Below are positions 34,977 to 43,586 of a stretch of 64,000 nucleotides of DNA, one piece after another. Position 1 is the stretch's first letter. Every line of letters begins with the position of its first letter. The stretch is from positions 64,001 to 128,000 of the IMG/VR virus record IMGVR_UViG_3300049182_000044; one strand, written 5' to 3'. Below the pieces are notes generated by a model, which was given only the letters and a program-made list of their open reading frames with translations, was not told the DNA's origin and did not search any database. The stretch is from a virus. Its lineage: Duplodnaviria > Caudoviricetes. Made by a program: the position numbers and the translations under genes.

Positions 34977-35422
34977 GCACGCTCCAACAACTGGTCGATG
35001 CAAACATCGAGCTGATCGAAGAAGTAAGGCACCTGTATTTGGATAGCGTTGCCTTCTTCATCGTTGCCCTTTGCAAAGACGAGAAACGCTGTGAAGAAGT
35101 GAACCACTTGGTGGACCTCGGCCCGAGTACGAGCCGCCTGAAGTTCCACCAGTACAGCATGAAGCGGAAGATCAGCTTCGGCACTCATAGCTTCCCGTTT
35201 CCTCGCAATGTCAGTTCGCATGTGTTTCGTGGAAGGGTCGGTTCGTTAGTTCTGGCCGAAGGTGAGATTTACGACGAGGTGATGAAAATCGTGAACAAGC
35301 CATCCTTCGATCTGGATCACGATGCACCGAACGTTCAGCACATCGTGAATCTTCAACGCACTTTGCTTACGATGGCTTACAACAAGAAAGTGCCGATCAA
35401 CTCATTGATAGTCAAGTTTTAA
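34973..35422 (+). CDS. Hypothetical protein
   Basis: ATGA overlap. Confidence 0.65.
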   Translation: MSTLQQLVDANIELIEEVRHLYLDSVAFFIVALCKDEKRCEEVNHLVDLGPSTSRLKFHQYSMKRKISFGTHSFPFPRNVSSHVFRGRVGSLVLAEGEIYDEVMKIVNKPSFDLDHDAPNVQHIVNLQRTLLTMAYNKKVPINSLIVKF

Positions 35423-35432
35423 GGGGAAGTAA

Positions 35433-36251
35433 ATGGGACTAAAGTCCGACAAGTGGATCAGGCAGCAATCGACGTTGCCAGCCTTCATGGTAACAGAGCG
35501 CAGGCCGTACACACCTCCGAGTAACGGCGGTGCAACCATGGACGTTTTCATGGTCAACGAGTTCGAGTATCCTTCGTTTGAGAGCGAAGAGACGCTGCGT
35601 AAGAAGATCGTTCAGCGCGATTTTGAAATGGGTGTCATTGGCTTCCGTCCGCTGACAAGGCAAGAGATCGACAATTTCAAGCCGATGATTGCCCCATTCG
35701 AGCCGAATCAGGTGCGTCAGCACGCCCGCTTTGATCTGCAGTCGCCCATTGATCGCGCATGTGGTGATTTGCCTCCGATGCAGAAGATCGTCAGCTACGG
35801 CACTTCGTCGTATGGCTACGATGTACGCTGTGCAGACGAGTTCAAGATTTTCACGAACGTCAATTCGACAATCATCGACCCGAAGAACTTCGACGAGAAG
35901 GCTTTCGTGGACTTCAAGGGTGATGTCTGCATCATCCCGCCGAATAGCTTTGCATTGGCGCGCACGGTCGAATACTTCCGCATCCCCAAGGACGTGATTA
36001 CCATCTGCCTGGGCAAGTCGACATACGCTCGTTGCGGTATCATCGTCAACGTTACCCCGTTCGAGCCAGGCTGGGAAGGGTACGTGACGTTGGAGTTCTC
36101 GAATACTACTCCGCTTCCGGCGAAGATTTACGCCAACGAAGGCTGCGCTCAAGTGCTGTTCTTCCAAGGCGATGAACCGTGTGAAACTACCTACGCTGAC
36201 AGAAACGGAAAGTATCAGGGCCAGGTCGGCGTGGTCCCACCAAGGATCTAA
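35433..36251 (+). CDS. dcd: dCTP deaminase with N-terminal insertion
   Basis: [67 protein letters not shown]. Confidence 0.96.
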   Translation: MGLKSDKWIRQQSTLPAFMVTERRPYTPPSNGGATMDVFMVNEFEYPSFESEETLRKKIVQRDFEMGVIGFRPLTRQEIDNFKPMIAPFEPNQVRQHARFDLQSPIDRACGDLPPMQKIVSYGTSSYGYDVRCADEFKIFTNVNSTIIDPKNFDEKAFVDFKGDVCIIPPNSFALARTVEYFRIPKDVITICLGKSTYARCGIIVNVTPFEPGWEGYVTLEFSNTTPLPAKIYANEGCAQVLFFQGDEPCETTYADRNGKYQGQVGVVPPRI

Positions 36252-36252
36252 A

Positions 36253-37107
36253 ATGGACAACTTTATCATCACCAATGCGGGGCGTCAGGCCATCGAGCAC
36301 GCACTCGAAGTCGGCTGCCATATCCTCAATGAAGACTACAATCCTGACAAGCCGTATAACGAAGGCGAAGTAGTAGGCAGTGGCCGTAATGACAGCTACA
36401 ACTACATCGCGCTCAAGGACGTGCCGGCGAATCTGGAGAATGGAATCGCCAACGCTGAGTATTGGGCGCTGTTCAGTTCTGGTGCAAGTACGGCAGCTAT
36501 CACTTCTGCCGCAATCGCGCAAGTCGATATCGCTACTCACGCTACTTCTGTGTTCGATGGATCGTATGACCAGTATGCAGTGACCGGTGCGACAATTGAT
36601 CCGAGCCGTATCACCGCAAGCACAGTCTATGCACATCCTGTATCCTCTGGGCCGGTCTGCAATTACATGGTCGGCGCAGCCGTGGTCATCATCAACGAGG
36701 ACACGGATGAAGTTCTGCTGATGCAGCGTGCAGATGCTGATGGAGCTCTCGTTCATTCCCTGGTCGGTGGTAAAGCTGTCTACGACGAAACGATGGTCGA
36801 GACAGTGGCACGTGAAACCGCTGAAGAGACAGGACTCATTATCGACCTGAATCGCTTTCAAGACCTCTGGATCAAAGAGGATGTGAACGGTGATCGCAAG
36901 TTCCTCACGGCTTACAAGTGGGTAACTGTCACGAGTGAGGAGGCAAAAGCCATCGTCAATCGCGAGCCGGATAAATGCATCAGCATGAACTGGTTCACTC
37001 GTGATACGTTGCCTGAAAACGTTTGGTTGCATGGACGTGAGGCGATCGCCACAGCTGTGACTAGCTACATCATCCGCAGCGGCTTCACCTTGAGCAAGGC
37101 GGAATAA
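36253..37107 (+). CDS. Nudix hydrolase fused to an N-terminal CBM5/12-like beta domain
   Basis: Nudix box GGKAVYDETMVETVARETAEETGL; N-terminal YNPDKPYNEGEVV...YIALKDV...YW. Confidence 0.75.
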   Translation: MDNFIITNAGRQAIEHALEVGCHILNEDYNPDKPYNEGEVVGSGRNDSYNYIALKDVPANLENGIANAEYWALFSSGASTAAITSAAIAQVDIATHATSVFDGSYDQYAVTGATIDPSRITASTVYAHPVSSGPVCNYMVGAAVVIINEDTDEVLLMQRADADGALVHSLVGGKAVYDETMVETVARETAEETGLIIDLNRFQDLWIKEDVNGDRKFLTAYKWVTVTSEEAKAIVNREPDKCISMNWFTRDTLPENVWLHGREAIATAVTSYIIRSGFTLSKAE

Positions 37108-37325
37108 TGTTTACCCGCATCGTCCAGAACATTGACGGCAGAGTGCAACAACAGTTTTCCACGGCTTACGCCTTCAATGGGGACGGGCGGATCACAGCTA
37201 CTTTGTGGGAAAATCAACTGCCGCATCAAAAGCGTGCGGCAGTTCAACCTAGGCCAGATCGTCCAAAGCCGCCTCGTATCAGCATAGAAAAGAAAAAGTC
37301 CCATCTATCACTCGTGAAGGAATAG
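37107..37325 (+). CDS. Small basic protein
   Basis: TAATG overlap. Confidence 0.5.
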   Translation: MFTRIVQNIDGRVQQQFSTAYAFNGDGRITATLWENQLPHQKRAAVQPRPDRPKPPRISIEKKKSHLSLVKE

Positions 37326-37328
37326 GCT

Positions 37329-37667
37329 ATGCGCAAATGGTTAAAGAAGTTGTTCTGCAAACACAAGTTTCGTTTCATGCGTAACATCCATGGAGACGAG
37401 ATTATTGAGCGTGGTGGCAAGCGCAGCATTTGGGCTTGTGAGTGCTGCAGGACCACCATCGCTCGTGACAAGTATGTGAAGCCCGGAGTGTTGAAGACAT
37501 GTGAAGACTATGTCGGACTTTCGGTTGCTGAAGCCTTTAAGCGAAAGCCTCAGCGCATACGTCTGTTCATAGAAGGACAGTCACATCCACTGGCGAGTAT
37601 CGCTCCTAGCACAGTTCGCGTAGAAGTCGATAAACTCGATTTCATTACAAAAGCTACAAAACTGTAA
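37329..37667 (+). CDS. Hypothetical protein (CKH...CECC)
   Basis: Collinear ORF. Confidence 0.6.
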   Translation: MRKWLKKLFCKHKFRFMRNIHGDEIIERGGKRSIWACECCRTTIARDKYVKPGVLKTCEDYVGLSVAEAFKRKPQRIRLFIEGQSHPLASIAPSTVRVEVDKLDFITKATKL

Positions 37668-37772
37668 AGAATACGTGCAACAAACGATTTATCATCCCCG
37701 GTAAGTCGGCCTTTCGGCAACTCTTCATCTGCATCTTCATCCTCACTCACCACAATCAATAAGGAGAACCTG

Positions 37773-39815
37773 GTGAACTTTCTCACGTTCAAAGCTGCAA
37801 TCTCTGCTCAATTCGAGCGTATGCAAGCCTATCAGCTGTACCGCGTCGGTATCTCTACTGCAGAACAGTCTACCAAAGACGTTTTGTGGGACAAGTATCT
37901 GAGCAGCTTCCCGGAAGGCTCGAATCCGATTTTCCGTGAGCGTACCCAGCATGACTGCAACTGCTGCAAGAACTTCATTCGCGCAGTCGGCCCCGTGGTC
38001 GCAATCATTGACAGCAAGCTAGTTAGCGTGTGGGATGTTGTTCTCCCGGATGAGCCCGCATACCAGGCCGTGGCAGATGCAATGTCGAAGCTGGTGAAGG
38101 CCGGCAAGATCGAAGACTACTTCCTCCATTTCGAGCGCAAAGCTGGATCGGAACCGACGTTCGAGGAAATCGAAGGCAAGTCCAAGAAGTGGGATCACTT
38201 CTTCGTCAACATCAAGTCCAAGTTCGTGAAAGACGGAGCCGAGATTCCTTCGGCGCTGGCCGGTCCTCGTGAGACGAAGCAAGTGTTCCTGCGCGGCTTG
38301 ACGGAAATCACTGACGATGCACTTGAGACCGTGATGGAGCTGATCGACACGAACTCCTTGTTGCGCGGTGAAGAGAAGAAATTCGCGGTAGAGCAGTTCA
38401 TCAAGACAAAGAAGTTCTTCAACAAGCTGAAGACCGCTAAAGCGCGTGAACTGTTTGCATGGCAGGAAAGCAAGCTGTTGCCGATTCAAGTAGCACGCCT
38501 GCGCAATGACGTTATCGGTACGCTCCTGCAAGACCTGTCTGAAGGTATGGACCTCGAAGTAGCGGTCGCCAAATTCGAGGACAAGGTCAACGGCAGCAAG
38601 TATCAGCGTACGACTGCGTTGGTTACTCCAGCGATGGTCAAGAAGGCACAGGCGAAGATCAAAGAACTCGGTCTGCTGTCGGCACTGGAACGTCGTTACG
38701 CCAAGCTGTCGGATATCACGATCAACAACATCCTGTTCGCGGATCGCGCAGCACGCAAGTCCATCACTGGTGACGTATTCGATGAACTGGCTGCGGACTC
38801 CGCTACTATCAAGACCAAGACGTTGAGCAAGGTCGAGGACATCCCGATTGACCGCTTCATCGAGCAGTGGCTGCCGAAGGCCGAGTCGATTGAAATCTTG
38901 TTCGAGAACAAGCATCGCGGTAACTTGGTAAGCCTCACGGCTCCGGTTGATCCGACCGCTGGTCAGTTGTTCAAGTGGCCGAACAACTTTGCCTGGTCGT
39001 ATGCAGGTGAAGTGGCAGACTCGATCAAAGAGCGTGTGAAGGCAGCTGGCGGTAATGTTACTGGTGACTTGTGCTGCCGTCTGGCATGGGACTACGCAGA
39101 CGACCTGGACTTTCACATGCACGAGCCTAGCGGTGACCACATCTACTTCGGCACTCGCCGTCGCTTGTCGCGAGGTGGCGGTACGCTGGACGTTGATGCA
39201 AACGGTGCTGATGGACCGGTTCCGAATCCGGTCGAAAACATCTACTACGGCGACCGTCGCACGATGAAGGAAGGCGAGTACATTCTTCAAGTGAACAACT
39301 ACAATCGTCGTAGCAGCGGTACGGGGTTTGAAGTTGAAATCGACTTCCTGGGCACAGTGTATACCTTTTCGTATGCCAAGGCTTTGCGTTCTGACGAAAC
39401 GGTGTTGATCGCACGTTTCAAGTACACCCACGCTAAGGGTATCGAGATCATCGAGTCGTTGCCGAGCAATCAGCGTTCGCAGGATGCGTGGGGCATCAAG
39501 ACTCAGACATTCCGCAAAGTCAATGTTATGATGCTTTCGCCCAATCATTGGGACGAGAAAGCGGTGGGTAACAAGCACTACTTCTTCATGCTGGACGGCT
39601 GCATGAACTCGGATTCGACTCGCGGCTTCTACAACGAATACCTGAAGGACGACCTGCGGGAGCATCGTAAGGTGTTTGAAATCCTCGGCGGCAAGATGAA
39701 GGTGCTGCCGGCTCAAGAACAGCTGAGCGGCCTGGGCTTCTCGTCCACGCAACGCAACAGCGTCACCGCTCGTGTTTCGGGCAAGGTAAATCGCACGATC
39801 AATATCGTGTTTTAA
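37773..39815 (+). CDS. Large conserved phage protein with C-terminal YfaP/DUF2135-like domain
   Basis: AAGGAG RBS; HDCNCCKNF; LAWDYADDLDFHMHEP...GGTLDVDANG...PVENIYY. Confidence 0.7.
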   Translation: MNFLTFKAAISAQFERMQAYQLYRVGISTAEQSTKDVLWDKYLSSFPEGSNPIFRERTQHDCNCCKNFIRAVGPVVAIIDSKLVSVWDVVLPDEPAYQAVADAMSKLVKAGKIEDYFLHFERKAGSEPTFEEIEGKSKKWDHFFVNIKSKFVKDGAEIPSALAGPRETKQVFLRGLTEITDDALETVMELIDTNSLLRGEEKKFAVEQFIKTKKFFNKLKTAKARELFAWQESKLLPIQVARLRNDVIGTLLQDLSEGMDLEVAVAKFEDKVNGSKYQRTTALVTPAMVKKAQAKIKELGLLSALERRYAKLSDITINNILFADRAARKSITGDVFDELAADSATIKTKTLSKVEDIPIDRFIEQWLPKAESIEILFENKHRGNLVSLTAPVDPTAGQLFKWPNNFAWSYAGEVADSIKERVKAAGGNVTGDLCCRLAWDYADDLDFHMHEPSGDHIYFGTRRRLSRGGGTLDVDANGADGPVPNPVENIYYGDRRTMKEGEYILQVNNYNRRSSGTGFEVEIDFLGTVYTFSYAKALRSDETVLIARFKYTHAKGIEIIESLPSNQRSQDAWGIKTQTFRKVNVMMLSPNHWDEKAVGNKHYFFMLDGCMNSDSTRGFYNEYLKDDLREHRKVFEILGGKMKVLPAQEQLSGLGFSSTQRNSVTARVSGKVNRTINIVF

Positions 39816-39850
39816 TCAAAATAATCTGACAAAGAAAAGGACAAAGCAAA

Positions 39851-40264
39851 ATGAATACCTCTTTCAACAATCTGTTTGAACAAGCAACCCGCAAGAACCT
39901 GACTTTCGATTCGCCGAAAGGCCAGCTGACTGTGCAAGATCTGTGGCAGCTTCCGTTGACCAGCCGTATGGGCAAAGCAAATCTGGAAGACATCGCCAAA
40001 GACCTGCATCGCCAGGTGAAGGCGCAAGACGACCAGCCATCCTTCTTCACGGAAGCGAAGCCGGTTGACAACGATGTGGCGCTCAAGCTGAACGTCGTTA
40101 TCTACATCGGCGAAACCCTGAAGAAGGAAAAGGCAGAAGCCGATACCGCTGCGGAACGCAAGGCTCAGAAGCAGAAGATCCTCGAACTGATCGACCGCAA
40201 GCAAGGCGAAGCACTCGAAATGAAGTCCATCGAAGAACTGCAGGCAGAACTCGCCAAACTGTAA
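39851..40264 (+). CDS. Helical conserved phage protein, partner of the upstream gene
   Basis: LFEQATRKNLTFDSPKGQLTVQDLWQLPL...KQKILELI.RKQ..AL...SIEEL. Confidence 0.7.
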   Translation: MNTSFNNLFEQATRKNLTFDSPKGQLTVQDLWQLPLTSRMGKANLEDIAKDLHRQVKAQDDQPSFFTEAKPVDNDVALKLNVVIYIGETLKKEKAEADTAAERKAQKQKILELIDRKQGEALEMKSIEELQAELAKL

Positions 40265-40422
40265 AAGGTTTAGGCTCAGCAAAGCTGAGGGCTTCGGCCA
40301 ACAGGCGGTATCGAAAGAGCCGCCTGCGTAATGAACTGGCACCATCCGGTGCTTTCGCTTCTTGGCGAGCGTCCACGCCAAGCGTTGTTCGGATAACGAA
40401 ACCGATCTATTAGGAGAAAATC

Positions 40423-40977
40423 ATGCAAGCAACCACAACCAACACCGTCATCGGTCACGAGTTCCTGAATCAAATCCAAAACGACGAGGCGATTCTTCGT
40501 ATCGTCAAAGGTCAGATTCCGATCTTCGTGTGCGAGCGCAATGGCAAAGGAGGTTTGTCCTTCAAATGCCCTCATTGCAATCGTAAGCATCACCACAAGG
40601 CTGGTAACGGTTTCCGGAGCGCTCACTGCTTCCGTAAGCCGCCTCTGTTCACGCAAGGATACTACCTTCTGGAAAAGGATGCAGCGGATCAAGTTGTGCC
40701 AGCGGAGAAGCTTCACCGTATGAATCTCAAGTCCTTCCTGGAAGGCTTGAATGGTAAGATGGTGGGGATCGACTTCATTAAGCAAGACGGTAGTGCTCGT
40801 GCACTTACCGGACGGCTCGGAGTCACGGCTCCGCTGAAAGGTGGACAAAATAAGGTCGAAGCTCCTGATCGTCCTTATTTGACAGTCTACGAGGTAGGTA
40901 CTGGCTACCGCACGGTCAACCTGGAGACCACCAGCCGGGTCCGTGCGAATGGCAAGGTCTACGACATTGTAGGCTGA
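40423..40977 (+). CDS. Zn-knuckle plus WYL_2/SH3-like domain protein
   Basis: FKCPHC...H..H..C; C-terminal IDFIKQDGSARALTGRLGV...GYRTVNLET. Confidence 0.55.
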   Translation: MQATTTNTVIGHEFLNQIQNDEAILRIVKGQIPIFVCERNGKGGLSFKCPHCNRKHHHKAGNGFRSAHCFRKPPLFTQGYYLLEKDAADQVVPAEKLHRMNLKSFLEGLNGKMVGIDFIKQDGSARALTGRLGVTAPLKGGQNKVEAPDRPYLTVYEVGTGYRTVNLETTSRVRANGKVYDIVG

Positions 40978-41006
40978 ACTAGCAGTAACAGGGCTTAATG
41001 CTCTGC

Positions 41007-41130
41007 GTGGAACGTGCCTGAGAGGCCGAAGGGTGACCACACAAGACGCCGACCGAGACCGTGATGGGGTCAGTTCATGTTTAGTGCATGGGCAGCGGAG
41101 GCGTCGCGGGTTCAAATCCCGCCGTTCCAC
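41007..41130 (+). ncRNA. tRNA-shaped RNA D (124 nt) upstream of queD
   Basis: Acceptor GTGGAACG/CGTTCCAC, class II-type D arm CCT-GAGAGGCCGAA-GGG, T arm GCGGG-TTCAAAT-CCCGC; no anticodon arm, no encoded CCA. Confidence 0.65.
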
Positions 41131-41170
41131 TTCTTCAATTCCCCTTCCAAAATTCTTCACAAAAGCCAGC

Positions 41171-41671
41171 ATGAACGATATTACCAAACAGATGATGGAC
41201 GATCAAAACCCGAATCGTCCGTATTTCCTTTCGACCAAGACCTACGGCAACGAGCGCGGCTACTCCGTGGCGTATCGCCAGTGGAGGGCAGACACTCATT
41301 GCAACCTGATCCACGGCTATGCCTTGGGCTTCCATTTCGAGTTCAAGTGCTATGATCTCGATGCTCGTAACTGGTGTGTTGACTTCGGTGGCCTTCGTAC
41401 TCTGAAGGAATGCATGGACGATTGGTTCGATCACACCTGTCTCGTTGCACAAGATGATCCTGAGTTCAAGACATTCGAGGACCTCCACAATCGCAAGATG
41501 ATCAAGATGACAGTGGTCGAACGTACTGGCTGCGAAGGTCTAGCCAAATGGCTTTCCGACTACATCAATGAAATCTGGATTCCGGAGAACGGCTACAAAG
41601 GACGCGTAACGCTTCATAAAGTCGAAGTGCGAGAGACTGGAGCTAACTCTGCTATGTATGTCATGCCCTAA
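41171..41671 (+). CDS. queD: 6-carboxy-tetrahydropterin synthase (QueD/PTPS family)
   Basis: STKTYG, AYRQWRA.THCNLIHGY, NWCVDFGGL, FDHT.LVAQDDP, VEVRET..NSA.Y. Confidence 0.88.
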   Translation: MNDITKQMMDDQNPNRPYFLSTKTYGNERGYSVAYRQWRADTHCNLIHGYALGFHFEFKCYDLDARNWCVDFGGLRTLKECMDDWFDHTCLVAQDDPEFKTFEDLHNRKMIKMTVVERTGCEGLAKWLSDYINEIWIPENGYKGRVTLHKVEVRETGANSAMYVMP

Positions 41672-41683
41672 TGGAGAATAATA

Positions 41684-42289
41684 ATGAATGCTACAGAAGC
41701 TCACCGAAAGCCCGTCAATCGTAGCTTTCCACCCAGTTCGGCCTACGATAACTTCGATCCCTCCCTTTTGTTCCCGAAACAGAAGGAAGTGGTCGCAGCT
41801 GTGCTGAGAGAGCTGACTGAGGATCAGCAAGGCTTTTCAATTCTCAAAATGGGGCAGCGTTCGGGTAAGAACATTATAGCAGCCATGGTCGCAAAGCATG
41901 GGCCGTTCAATAAAGCATTTATCTTCGATCTGCATCACGGAGGAATGGCCTCGGACTTCTCTATCCCGACGTACTGGTGCAGCAAGGTCTTCCCGCGCAC
42001 CTTGGTCGAAGGTGATGAAGAGCGCCCGCTGATTATCCTTAACGAAGCGTTTTGGCTAGATGATAGCTATGATATCTTCAATGAAGCACGTAACTATGCT
42101 CCAACACTGGTTGTAGGCAGCAATGGCCCGCAGTTCCGGGAGGACAAACGCTGGCAGCTGTTGAAAGGACATTCTTACGCGACCTGGGAGATCAACCCGA
42201 ACTACCCGACCCGCGAAGCACTCATTGCATCAATGGGTGACAGTGAACAGGACATGCAGAAGTTCGAGCGCGACTACGGAGCATTCTAA
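41684..42289 (+). CDS. Short terminase-ATPase-like protein (degenerate)
   Basis: LFPKQ, ILKMGQRSGK, LIILNE, ATWEINP, FERDYGA.F. Confidence 0.45.
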   Translation: MNATEAHRKPVNRSFPPSSAYDNFDPSLLFPKQKEVVAAVLRELTEDQQGFSILKMGQRSGKNIIAAMVAKHGPFNKAFIFDLHHGGMASDFSIPTYWCSKVFPRTLVEGDEERPLIILNEAFWLDDSYDIFNEARNYAPTLVVGSNGPQFREDKRWQLLKGHSYATWEINPNYPTREALIASMGDSEQDMQKFERDYGAF

Positions 42290-42612
42290 TGGACGGCATT
42301 CTCATACCAACTTCCAATAACGCGGCACCTTCGCTGTTCACACCCGAAACGCAAAGGGCAGCTGCAAAGGAACTCAACACCATGTTGAGCGAGGCATTGC
42401 AGCCCTACATCGGTAAAGACTGCGACGAGCGGAATCTTCACAATATGCGGCTGGCGATCCAGACGACCTTGAAGACTTGGTTCAAAAAGCATCCGACGCT
42501 GACGAAGCTGAAGATCGACTTCGATCTGGACGTAGACAAGCAACAAGGCAAGATCACTATTAAACCATCCTTCGATTTCCAGAGGCTGATTGCAGGGATG
42601 ATACCGTATTAG
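42289..42612 (+). CDS. Hypothetical protein
   Basis: TAATG overlap. Confidence 0.6.
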   Translation: MDGILIPTSNNAAPSLFTPETQRAAAKELNTMLSEALQPYIGKDCDERNLHNMRLAIQTTLKTWFKKHPTLTKLKIDFDLDVDKQQGKITIKPSFDFQRLIAGMIPY

Positions 42613-42621
42613 GAGGCAGAT

Positions 42622-43032
42622 ATGGCAGCACCCGAAATCTTTCCGGGTATTCCGATTGATGAAAGCCACGAAAAATCTGAGGACGGCGAGTACTGGATCA
42701 TGCGTCCAGAGTTTCGTGAGAAATATCAGGCTTCGGTAAGGGCTCAACTCGATAGCTGGATAGCAGGAACTCCGGAGCACAATCATTTCGCAGGTGAATG
42801 CTGTCCTGACTTTTCGTGCTGTAGTCCTCAGAATATCTGGCCGTTGGAGCGGCGTCAGAAATTCGCAGATGGCGATGCGCAGACGAGAGAACGCATGTGC
42901 TTCGAGTCCATTGCTGAGTCCGTGGCTTCATTCACCGGAATCCCTGTTCTCATTATCGGTGAGTCTCCAGTTCCGGAACATCCTCCGCTGCTGACTGACG
43001 AACCTCCTCCACCTGGAACAATCCTTCACTAA
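42622..43032 (+). CDS. Hypothetical protein (H...GECCPDFSCC motif)
   Basis: AGGAGG RBS. Confidence 0.65.
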   Translation: MAAPEIFPGIPIDESHEKSEDGEYWIMRPEFREKYQASVRAQLDSWIAGTPEHNHFAGECCPDFSCCSPQNIWPLERRQKFADGDAQTRERMCFESIAESVASFTGIPVLIIGESPVPEHPPLLTDEPPPPGTILH

Positions 43033-43033
43033 C

Positions 43034-43384
43034 ATGGCTACCAAGAAAAAGAAAGACGAAGACGTCCAGCTCTACGCCTATCAGGTTTCTACGATTCTGC
43101 AATATCAGGTTTTGGTCACTCGTTTTCAGATGGTTCGCTACACTGAAAAATCGGTTACTGTGCTGACTGCAACCGGCATCGAAAAGCGGTATGCTCGAAA
43201 ATCAGATCGGGACGAATGGTTCTTATCCTTCAATGCAGCTCAGAAACGAGCATTGGCGATCATCGACGATTACCGAGTAGAGCTAGCTAAGGTAATCAGT
43301 ACCCTGGACAACAACGAGAAGGAAATCCGTGCCCGGCGTATCAGGGAAACCAAGCCACTGAAAATCGGAAAGATTGTTCTGTGA
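43034..43384 (+). CDS. Hypothetical protein
   Basis: Collinear ORF. Confidence 0.6.
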   Translation: MATKKKKDEDVQLYAYQVSTILQYQVLVTRFQMVRYTEKSVTVLTATGIEKRYARKSDRDEWFLSFNAAQKRALAIIDDYRVELAKVISTLDNNEKEIRARRIRETKPLKIGKIVL

Positions 43385-43586
43385 ATACGTACTAAACCGC
43401 AAGAAATAGCACGTCCAAAGGGCTGAAATATGCCCTTTCCTCACCTTCGCGCTTCCCAATTCCGCGCAATCCCTGTGTTCAAGAACGCGTTAAAATCATA
43501 ATTTTAACACAATACGCGAACGGCATTACTGCTCTCGCGTTATCTGAACTTCTAACATTTTTCATGGATAGCGGGAGATAGTCCTA

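Noticed and set aside
38019-39752. 577-aa minus-strand ORF (similarly 48846-50411, 51545-53185, 2369-3469 and others)
   Set aside because: Antisense shadows of well-supported + strand genes with biased codon use; no RBS or recognisable motifs
40980-41170. Canonical preQ1 riboswitch upstream of queD
   Set aside because: No preQ1-I stem-loop with A-rich tail could be found; the region fits a tRNA-like fold instead
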